DNA of 64,000 nt from Candidatus Micrarchaeota archaeon (GTDB taxonomy: Archaea; Micrarchaeota; Micrarchaeia; Micrarchaeales; CABMGC01): positions 1,987 to 65,986 of the forward strand of contig JAJZKU010000003.1 in assembly GCA_021850705.1 (NCBI GenBank). The letters run 5' to 3'. Below are positions 27,942 to 36,099 of this stretch, piece by piece (position 1 is the first letter of the stretch; each line of letters starts with the position of its first letter). The translations under genes and the position numbers were made by a program. The notes beneath the pieces were generated by a model. That model ran no database searches. It saw only the letters and a list, made by a program, of their open reading frames with translations, and was not told the DNA's origin.

Positions 27942-30365
27942 ATGAAAAGGAGGAAGCTGTCCAAGGCAGTGATTATAGGGGTAATTGCAATAATTGTGAT
28001 AGCAATAATCTCAATCATACTTGTAGAGAACGCTATAAGCAGCGCCATAAGTTTGTATCATCCTCCTCTTCCTCCACATGCCATAAACAGCTCCTTAAGC
28101 ATGCAGAATGCATTTTTCGGGAATTATGCAAATTCAACAGCAATTGCAGCATATGCTAAACTAAACTATCATGAGACCAACGCTTCATATGCAGGCTTTA
28201 CCTTAAGAGTTTTCAAGACAAATCCTATACCAAAGATATACCTTGTAGATACGAACAACTACTGCATAAACTGCTTTCTGGGATCTACTATGCAACAATA
28301 TCTGCAGAATTATCTGAACCAGTTCGGTCTCCTTCTCAATCAGAGCAGCTTCAATTACATACAGCTTAACAATATGTCATCTGTGCCTCCGAATTCTATA
28401 ATTATAGTGCCTTCGGGGCTTATTCCATTATCATTTCTTCCAATACAGAACAGCTCTCTTAGCGGCTACAATGCATGCCCATTAAACTATAATTATAGCA
28501 TAATCAACATGCTCAATAAAGGAGATACTATATTCTATGTGGGTGACAACTTCTCCAGTACAGTTTCATGCGGCCAGCAGATAATACAGACTCCTCAAAG
28601 CATAATAAATCAATTGTCATCGATAGGCCTTGGCACAAGACCTGCAAATGCCACAGACATAACCACGGCAGAGCAGCAGACTTACCTTACCTTCAATTCA
28701 CCGACATTCTTATTCACAAGCGGATACGTTGGACCAAGCTCAACATACGTCAACGTTCTGAACGGCAGCGTAGTCGCACTTACTAACTATCCATCCAAAG
28801 GATGGAATAACGCATCTACTCTCTCACGGGATATAGCTGCATTAATTAACCTGCACTCCTGGAATGACGAACTGGCATCAGGCAGCACAGGAATCACTAA
28901 GATAACTAATAAGAGCTCATCAGGCCAGATTGGGCTGGTAACTAATACCACGCAGGCAAGCCTGCAGTCTCTTACGAATATATCTCTATCAAGTACATAT
29001 GTGTTAGGAACTTCATACTTCTATAACTCTGCGGGCGAGTTGAAGGAGAACAATATATTATTCAGGTTAAATGGGCTTGAAAACGGATACGTGAGCATTA
29101 CATCATCAGTTCCACAAACTGCAAGCGAATTCATAAGTGCCGGGGCAACAAATATAACAAACAACTTTGATTCGTTCCATATCTATATATATAATCTAAG
29201 CTATCAAAATCCGGTGCAGTACCTTTTTATAGGCCAGATGAAGCCAAACGTGACTTTCATAAAGCCGATATCATTCTCGCTTCCTGGTGGTTACTACGTA
29301 GCATCTCTCATAGACTCAAACAATGATACGTATGCGAGGGCGATATTCATGGTATATAATACGAGCATTACTCCAGTACGACCATTCTCCTTCAGCAACA
29401 GGACATTTACCTTCTCCGTCCATAGTGGAGGCTATCCCATTACTGGTATTCCATACAGCATATCCATTAATGGGCAGTATGTACAAAATGGCACCGTAAA
29501 CAACAGTATCATACAATATTCCCTGCCAGGAGGTTCGGTATTGAGCTACGGTAATGAGACATTCACTGTAAAAGTCCTAGGCTCTACAGAGACAATAATA
29601 ATGCCATACACTAACACAATATTCAACATACCTGCGTATTATATAGAGTTTGCCATAGCGGCAGTCGTCATAGTTGTACTTAATAAGATACTCATTCCTC
29701 CAAATATAGACAGATACTACATAAACGTGCAGGAATTCGGCCATACGGATAGGACAAAGGTCAAGGAGCCTCCAGAGACGATTCTTAAGGTATTCGACCA
29801 GGTAAATTACTATTATCATTGGAGATACATGCCTCTAACAGCTGAAGAGGTAAAGTCAGGCATATCCGGGAATGTTAGATATGGGAATATGCCTATAGCA
29901 GTGACATTGCAGAATACATATGCCGTTCTAAATAAGATGTCCAGAAAGGGACTTATAGTGGAAGCTGCAGATTATTATGCGCCAAAGAGCTGGGAAGAAA
30001 CATCAAAGCATGACATAGAGTATCTTGTAATATTCAGGAAGCTCAGGGACTACAGCGTATCTAACGCAATGCTCTTCACTGACATCGATGCGTACGACAA
30101 TGTAGACATGATGATAACCAACAAGGGCGTCCAGAACTACGTCTACATATACTCTAAGCTGTCAGAGAACCAGAAACTAAGAAACATACCTCTGGGAAAG
30201 AGCCACAGAACCTTTATCATCTTCTTAAACGAAGAGGACAGGTTCGCTTTCATAGACAGGCTTGATATCTCATATGGGGAAGAGAGCGAGATACTGAGGA
30301 TGAGTATAGACGCTTTAGACATAAGGCTGATAGACACCGATGATCTGACACAGCTCAAGCTCTAA
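27942..30365 (+). CDS. Large surface glycoprotein with two TMs and a ~220-aa cytoplasmic C-terminal region
   Basis: N-terminal TM, ~530 aa N/S/T-rich beta-rich ectodomain, TM YYIEFAIAAVVIVVL, cytoplasmic wHTH-like segment. Confidence 0.8.
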   Translation: MKRRKLSKAVIIGVIAIIVIAIISIILVENAISSAISLYHPPLPPHAINSSLSMQNAFFGNYANSTAIAAYAKLNYHETNASYAGFTLRVFKTNPIPKIYLVDTNNYCINCFLGSTMQQYLQNYLNQFGLLLNQSSFNYIQLNNMSSVPPNSIIIVPSGLIPLSFLPIQNSSLSGYNACPLNYNYSIINMLNKGDTIFYVGDNFSSTVSCGQQIIQTPQSIINQLSSIGLGTRPANATDITTAEQQTYLTFNSPTFLFTSGYVGPSSTYVNVLNGSVVALTNYPSKGWNNASTLSRDIAALINLHSWNDELASGSTGITKITNKSSSGQIGLVTNTTQASLQSLTNISLSSTYVLGTSYFYNSAGELKENNILFRLNGLENGYVSITSSVPQTASEFISAGATNITNNFDSFHIYIYNLSYQNPVQYLFIGQMKPNVTFIKPISFSLPGGYYVASLIDSNNDTYARAIFMVYNTSITPVRPFSFSNRTFTFSVHSGGYPITGIPYSISINGQYVQNGTVNNSIIQYSLPGGSVLSYGNETFTVKVLGSTETIIMPYTNTIFNIPAYYIEFAIAAVVIVVLNKILIPPNIDRYYINVQEFGHTDRTKVKEPPETILKVFDQVNYYYHWRYMPLTAEEVKSGISGNVRYGNMPIAVTLQNTYAVLNKMSRKGLIVEAADYYAPKSWEETSKHDIEYLVIFRKLRDYSVSNAMLFTDIDAYDNVDMMITNKGVQNYVYIYSKLSENQKLRNIPLGKSHRTFIIFLNEEDRFAFIDRLDISYGEESEILRMSIDALDIRLIDTDDLTQLKL

Positions 30366-30429
30366 TCCCATCAATATACAGGAAAGCCCATGGTATCTGG
30401 TCTTCGGCAGCCATCCCAGACCAACATAA

Positions 30430-32046
30430 TCATTCTTCAGCAGAATCTTCCGAAGCCTTATCATCTACCTGTTCTTCTTCCTCCGGGTCTTCCTTTCCCA
30501 TATCGTACTTGCTCTCAACTATATGCTTCAGGGAGCTCTCTATCTGCTCCTTGTCCTCTCCTGTAATGTCGCTCAGGTCAGCAGCAAGCTGCCCTACATA
30601 CCTCATTATTATCTTGTATCTGGATTCGCGGGCATGCATGTTCTTCTGTTTGTTTATGTGTACCTGCAGCTTCCTGGCACACTCCATAATCCCAAGCTTT
30701 AACTCTTCTATTATCTCAGGCTCCTGCGACACTGCCTGCTTTCCTATTCCGTTGTAAGGTATGTAAACGCTGGATATGTTGACAAAAATGCTTATAGGTT
30801 CATCCCCGAAATCCCTTATACCATATCTTTTCCACTGAATCTGATTAACAGCTTCTGTTATTGCACAGACAGAGCCATCGAACAACAGCGGAACCTTATT
30901 TGCAAAACGCATTATTGTCCCTTTTGTTCCTTCCTCGGTCTTCTTGCCGGCGTCTCCTCCATAAGCTATGCCCGCTTCAACGACAAACGGTATTCCGCCT
31001 TTGAATATCCTTGGCTTCCTCTCCGTTACGCTGATGAACTGCGGATTTATTATGTTGAGCATCGCCGTCTCCATCTGTGTTGCACCTATGACTGATAGTG
31101 AGTCTGTTTCAGGAGATATCCACTTGACGCTCTTAAAAGCTTCAACGAGCTTCTCAGCCTCAGGCCATGTCAGCTCACGGGGCTTTTTATCGAAATTAAT
31201 ATCCTTTGCAATTCCTTTAAGCTCGTCTATCTTAGCGGCACTGACCCTTGAGAAGCTATCCATAAGAAAGGACGAGATATTGCTATTATCTGTCACATGC
31301 GCAAAGTCGAGCAGGTCTCTTGCACTTATCCCCAGAGGATGAGGTTTGGTCTGCTTCGGCCTCTTCGGCATTTCGTTAACTGATCTTGGGAAGACTGTCT
31401 CTTTACCGTCAGGTTCAAGAAGTTTTATGGTTGCATGGGGATTTGATAAGGCCGTTCGTTTCACGTATTCATAGACTCCATGATCGCTTCTTTCATATTT
31501 CGTATCTCCGAATTCTCCGCTTACAGACGTGCCTTGAAAGTCTTCAAGTGTTGTCTTCATGTTTGTTATCAAAGGTTTGTTCGTCTTTATGTCTACTGCG
31601 ATATCGCACTCGAAGGAGCCCTTTCCAGTTCCGGATCTTGCATGTATCGGCTTTCCAGTGGTTATAGCTGCAAAGAGCGTGCATCCTCCAGCTCCTATTC
31701 CCTGCTGCCCGCGCTGTTGAAGGTATCTGTGGAACTTTGTTCCTGAGAGTATGCTCGCAAGCGCCTTTCCTATGTGCTTCTGCGGTATTCCGGGACCATT
31801 ATCAGTAACCGTAACTAAGTGCCTGTTCTCATTAACCTCTTTGATTTCTATGCTTATCTCGGGAAATATTCCAGCTTCTTCGCAGGCGTCAAGGGAGTTG
31901 GCAACATACTCATGCACGACTGTCGTAAGGGATCTAACCTTTCCGGAATAGCCGAGCATCTGGCTGTTCTTCCTGAAGAACTGCGTTATCGACTGCTCCT
32001 TGAACTCCTTGAATATCTCATCAGCGTTTTTCTCTCCTGCCGCCAT
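30430..32046 (-). CDS. top6B: DNA topoisomerase VI subunit B
   Basis: HEYVANSLDACEE, DNGPGI, RGQQGIG, KPHPLG, RFANKVPLL. Confidence 0.97.
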   Translation of the reverse strand: MAAGEKNADEIFKEFKEQSITQFFRKNSQMLGYSGKVRSLTTVVHEYVANSLDACEEAGIFPEISIEIKEVNENRHLVTVTDNGPGIPQKHIGKALASILSGTKFHRYLQQRGQQGIGAGGCTLFAAITTGKPIHARSGTGKGSFECDIAVDIKTNKPLITNMKTTLEDFQGTSVSGEFGDTKYERSDHGVYEYVKRTALSNPHATIKLLEPDGKETVFPRSVNEMPKRPKQTKPHPLGISARDLLDFAHVTDNSNISSFLMDSFSRVSAAKIDELKGIAKDINFDKKPRELTWPEAEKLVEAFKSVKWISPETDSLSVIGATQMETAMLNIINPQFISVTERKPRIFKGGIPFVVEAGIAYGGDAGKKTEEGTKGTIMRFANKVPLLFDGSVCAITEAVNQIQWKRYGIRDFGDEPISIFVNISSVYIPYNGIGKQAVSQEPEIIEELKLGIMECARKLQVHINKQKNMHARESRYKIIMRYVGQLAADLSDITGEDKEQIESSLKHIVESKYDMGKEDPEEEEQVDDKASEDSAEE

Positions 32047-32050
32047 AAAA

Positions 32051-32548
32051 TCACACACTCTTCAGCTTTCTCCTTTCCTTTTCCATCACAGCATAAGCGG
32101 TGCTGTGCTTTCCTCCGTCAAGCAGTATGTTTATGCCCGCTTTTGCAATTCTTATTTCATCTATATTGCCTATAAGGCTTATGGTATCTCCGTATATCTC
32201 TATGGCAGCTCCGCTGACTTCTTCCATATAAATCTTTGCCTTGCCATCAGTGCCTATTATCCTTGCAATCATCCTCTTCTTCTTTACCTTATTTGATGCT
32301 ATGTCCCCAACATCTATGCTCTCGAAGAAGAAGTCCTCGTTCAGCAGCTTAAATGCAGTATTCAGCTTGAAGCCTCGCGCTATTGCCTGAACAATGCTCC
32401 TTGCAGCATATTCTGCATATGCATCTCCCTCTATGGTTACCTCGTTCTTGCCCTCAATGATTATCTTGCACTCCAGTCTCTTCTCTATAATGGCTATGGC
32501 CTCTTTCAAAGCATGCACTCTTGCTGCAGGTATGAGTATGCGCTCCAT
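32051..32548 (-). CDS. KH-domain pre-rRNA processing protein (Dim2/Pno1)
   Basis: VQAIARGF, RIIGTDGK, LLDGGKHSTAY; conventional position upstream of top6B. Confidence 0.9.
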   Translation of the reverse strand: MERILIPAARVHALKEAIAIIEKRLECKIIIEGKNEVTIEGDAYAEYAARSIVQAIARGFKLNTAFKLLNEDFFFESIDVGDIASNKVKKKRMIARIIGTDGKAKIYMEEVSGAAIEIYGDTISLIGNIDEIRIAKAGINILLDGGKHSTAYAVMEKERRKLKSV

Positions 32549-32753
32549 TATAAACACGCTGAATGCGTAGCCCTTACTTAATAACTTTGCGCTGGAAAGC
32601 CTGTAATTACTCTACAAAGCGAACCTTTATGCGCCAGGATAAGGCATGCATGATTTTCCTGCATATTTCTTTCCGCAGTGCATGCTCCGACGTGAACAAG
32701 TAACCGGAAGTTCCAACTCTTTCAGTAAGGTTTAAATATCTTATTTAATACAT

Positions 32754-32774
32754 TCATGATTGAATCATGATTCA
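32754..32774. promoter_or_regulatory. Overlapping palindromes, candidate operator
   Basis: TCATGATT-G-AATCATGA and TGAATCATGATTCA just downstream of TTTAAATA (32731-32738). Confidence 0.5.
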
Positions 32775-32826
32775 TTCTGAAACAGTTCGTGAATCTTTCA
32801 TGATATGGTTGTGTGCCGTGTTGGGT

Positions 32827-33321
32827 ATGGATACAAACAAACAAATCACAGAAGAGATTAATAAACTTAGGGAGGAGATCCGCTTACTTTCGGAAAAGAA
32901 GGAATCCGACCAGGGAGCAGGAATGATCGCACTCATAAAGTATGTTACAGAGGAGAGGGAGAGGACGGAGAAGCTGCTAATGACAATGGCAGAGAAGATA
33001 AGAAGGATGGAGAGCAGGCAGCAGCTTGGGGTACAGGAACACGTACCGGTTCAGGATAACGCTAAAGGAAAGAACTTCGAAGAGATTGCACTATCAGATA
33101 CTGACAGAAGGATAATAGATTTCGTACAGACAAAAGGCATGGCATGCGCAGATGACATAAAGGGCACAATGGGATACAAGGGAAGAAATGCTGCATGCAC
33201 AAGGCTGAAGAAGCTCTGCGATGACGGGCTTCTGCAAAGATTCCAACTAGGTCACAAGGTTTACTACAGATTTGATGCTGGCAAGGCGACCAACACGCTA
33301 ATCATATCACCTCCACAGTAA
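32827..33321 (+). CDS. Coiled-coil plus winged-helix DNA-binding protein
   Basis: LSDTDRRIIDFVQTKG..ADDIK..GYKGRNAACTRLKKLCDDGLLQRFQLGHKVYY. Confidence 0.8.
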   Translation: MDTNKQITEEINKLREEIRLLSEKKESDQGAGMIALIKYVTEERERTEKLLMTMAEKIRRMESRQQLGVQEHVPVQDNAKGKNFEEIALSDTDRRIIDFVQTKGMACADDIKGTMGYKGRNAACTRLKKLCDDGLLQRFQLGHKVYYRFDAGKATNTLIISPPQ

Positions 33322-33328
33322 CTCGATT

Positions 33329-33357
33329 GGGCCTGCTACTATTTCCCCAGCAGGCCC
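33329..33357 (+). terminator. GC-rich 9-bp hairpin after the wHTH gene
   Basis: GGGCCTGCT-11 nt-AGCAGGCCC. Confidence 0.5.
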
Positions 33358-33493
33358 GTCTATTTATCTGATCTGCGTGTTCTTGCCATTCTTTTTACAG
33401 AATAAGGAGCGTGCACACTGCAAACTTTCTGGTCCGCTTCTCGACTAAACACTTTTAAATGGTTGCTGTGCAGATATTTATCTTTGTGAGTCC

Positions 33494-34471
33494 ATGGATC
33501 CCAAAAATATCTTCTCTCTTACACACCAAAGCGATATCGACGGGGTAGGGAGCGCTGCCCTGATAAAGATGCGTTACGGGATACCTGGCAAGAACATGTT
33601 CTTTGCAGATTATTCCCCTGAAAACGTTATAAAATCTAAGATAGAGATAACAAAGGCCGCGAAAGAAGGTGCGGTTCTGATAATAGCTGACCTGGGGCTA
33701 AATGAGGCTACCAAGCAGCCTATGCTCGAACTGATAAAGAATATCAAGAATAAAAATGGCAGCGTATACTGGTTCGATCATCACATGTGGAAAGATAGCT
33801 GGATAAAAGAGGTTGCATCAAAGTGTGATGCTGCAATAGTGAATGAGAATGCGAAGTACTGCGCTACGGAGATAGTGAGGAATGAATTGTCATTAAACAG
33901 CGCCTTCTGCAAGAGATTCGCGCAGATAGTGCATTATTCCGATTTCAATCTTCGCCCAAAGAACAAGGCACACATGAAGACGATAATAGAGTATGCGATG
34001 AGCATAACCTCATACAGCCAGATAAACGATTACTCCAAACGCAATAATAAACTCAGACACATTGCAGAGGTAATAAGCGAAGGCAGACTGTCAGATGGCA
34101 TAATAAGAAGAGACGCTCTTAGATTTGACAAGACCAATACTGCAAGGATAAAAGAGATGGTAAGCAGGAGATTGATTGTGATTGACAAAGTCGCAGTCGG
34201 CTTCCAGAAGAGAGTGAACTCAACCCTTGCAGGTTCTGAGATTATAAAGCGGAGCGGTAAGGATATAGCAGTATACATAAACACGGACGATTTGCATGGC
34301 CACATAAGGACCAAAAAGGCAGACTGCGTTAAACTTGCCAACTATTTCGGAGGCGGAGGGCATCCTCATGCTGCAGGCTTCACTCTAAAGAAAAAATACG
34401 ACTTCTCAAAAGAATCCGAGAGAAGGAATTTTGCAATTCTTATAAACAAAAAAGCAAAGGAGCTATGCTGA
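33494..34471 (+). CDS. DHH/DHHA1 family phosphoesterase
   Basis: THQSDIDG, IADLG, WFDHH, FGGGGHPHAAG. Confidence 0.9.
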   Translation: MDPKNIFSLTHQSDIDGVGSAALIKMRYGIPGKNMFFADYSPENVIKSKIEITKAAKEGAVLIIADLGLNEATKQPMLELIKNIKNKNGSVYWFDHHMWKDSWIKEVASKCDAAIVNENAKYCATEIVRNELSLNSAFCKRFAQIVHYSDFNLRPKNKAHMKTIIEYAMSITSYSQINDYSKRNNKLRHIAEVISEGRLSDGIIRRDALRFDKTNTARIKEMVSRRLIVIDKVAVGFQKRVNSTLAGSEIIKRSGKDIAVYINTDDLHGHIRTKKADCVKLANYFGGGGHPHAAGFTLKKKYDFSKESERRNFAILINKKAKELC

Positions 34472-35665
34472 TAGAGTACCATATCCGTATAGCCTCCATC
34501 TCTGCTTTATGTTCCTAAGTACAGAGATCTTCATGTGCTTGTCTATGCAGAAAGCATGCCTAAGCTTTATGGTTACCATATTTTTCTTTACCTTCTTCAC
34601 ATAGCCCACTACCGTTCCTGTACCTATTCCCAAAATAACTGGTTCCATATCTGTAAATCCCTGCTTGGGTATATCATCCCTGTTAAGAGAGCTGTAACTT
34701 ATCGATATCTCGGTCTTTGATTCAGGGAGCTTTCCAACATGCCCTATGATCTGTCCGACAAGTCCGTCTGCCTTAGTCATTGCAGGATCCATGTCCGTGC
34801 CTATCGCTATAAGCCCTCCTGCTATCGCCTTGTCAAGCTTCTCCTCGCCTGTCGATATGCTCTCTATGGTTACTATGAGCGGCTTGTAATTCGCATTGCC
34901 CTTCTTGTCCTTCGCAACATTTATTCCAGGGCGTATCTCTGCCTTGTCTCCAGGCTTGAACGTGCCCCTTATCACCGAACCTCCTACGACCCCCCCTACC
35001 AGATCCTCTATATCAGTCCCAGGCTTGTTAACGTCAAAAGACCTTGCAACATACATTATAGGATCCGACTCGGTATCGCGTTCAGGCATTGGTATCTTTG
35101 CTATCTCCTCAAGCACCATATCGACATTTATGTTCCTGTTAGCCATTACCGGTATTATCACCGCATCAGCTATCTTGCTGCCCTTGATAAAATCCTTTAT
35201 CTGGGAATAGTGCTGCTTCGCCTTCTCCTTTCCGACTATGTCCACCTTGGTCTGCACTATTATTACGTTCTTTATTCCCAGTGCGTTTATTATCATCAGG
35301 TGCTCCTTTGTCTGAGGCATAGGGCATGGCTCCGTAGCCGATATCACAAAAAGTGCAGCATCTATTATGTTTGATCCGGCTATGGCAGTTGCCATAAGCG
35401 TCTCGTGCCCAGGAGAGTCAAGCAGGGATATCTTGACTATCTCCTTTGCGCCTGGCTGCTTTTCTGTAGTGTAAACAATCCTGCCATCCTTTTCATAAGT
35501 GTATATGACCGCATCGGAATAACCCAGCTTTATGGTCATGCTTCTCTTAACGCTCTCGCTGTGTATGTCCGTCCACTTATGCGCTATGGCTGCGGTTAGC
35601 GTAGTCTTTCCATGGTCCACGTGGCCAAGCGTGCCGATGTTAAGCTGGCTCTGTTTTATTGTCAT
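34463..35665 (-). CDS. eif2g: Translation initiation factor aIF2 gamma
   Basis: GHVDHGKTT, RSMTIKLGY, DSPGHE, CPMPQTKEH, RSFDVNKPG, WRLYGYG. Confidence 0.97.
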   Translation of the reverse strand: MTIKQSQLNIGTLGHVDHGKTTLTAAIAHKWTDIHSESVKRSMTIKLGYSDAVIYTYEKDGRIVYTTEKQPGAKEIVKISLLDSPGHETLMATAIAGSNIIDAALFVISATEPCPMPQTKEHLMIINALGIKNVIIVQTKVDIVGKEKAKQHYSQIKDFIKGSKIADAVIIPVMANRNINVDMVLEEIAKIPMPERDTESDPIMYVARSFDVNKPGTDIEDLVGGVVGGSVIRGTFKPGDKAEIRPGINVAKDKKGNANYKPLIVTIESISTGEEKLDKAIAGGLIAIGTDMDPAMTKADGLVGQIIGHVGKLPESKTEISISYSSLNRDDIPKQGFTDMEPVILGIGTGTVVGYVKKVKKNMVTIKLRHAFCIDKHMKISVLRNIKQRWRLYGYGTLSA

Positions 35666-35669
35666 CTAC

Positions 35670-36059
35670 TTATTCCTCCTTCTTCTCCTTGGGCTTGAAC
35701 AGCTCCTCGGCATTATGCGATCCCATCTCAGTTATGACCGTATTTATCTGCGATGTATCATTGCCTATGGTGTTTCCACGTATGAGTCTCTTGACCCTAT
35801 AGCCCTTCCTTGCCTTCTTTATTCCAGGGCCCCTGCTAAGCAGCGGCCTTGATTTTATTATGCCATCTATCTCCTTCCTCGAAGGCGCTCCTGTGCTGTC
35901 GCTCAGTCCTGTTATCTGGAACTTCATGCCTTCAAGACCCACGACGAATCCTTCTAAAGAATCTCCTATCTTAAGCCCTATCAGCAGGTTCTCCTTTTCC
36001 TTAGGCACTTCCAGCTGCGACGTCTTTCCACTCTTCTTGTCAGAGTACACTATCTTCAT
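35670..36059 (-). CDS. rps6e: 30S ribosomal protein eS6
   Basis: LIGLKIGD, ITGLSDSTG, RGNTI..QIN. Confidence 0.93.
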   Translation of the reverse strand: MKIVYSDKKSGKTSQLEVPKEKENLLIGLKIGDSLEGFVVGLEGMKFQITGLSDSTGAPSRKEIDGIIKSRPLLSRGPGIKKARKGYRVKRLIRGNTIGNDTSQINTVITEMGSHNAEELFKPKEKKEE

Positions 36060-36099
36060 GCAAATCAACTATTTCTTTTAACATTATCTGTTTACCTGT

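Noticed and set aside
9145-30365. Integrated conjugative plasmid or provirus
   Set aside because: No relaxase, integrase, replication or capsid gene and no att repeats seen; the soluble-protein genes look compositionally like the core genes
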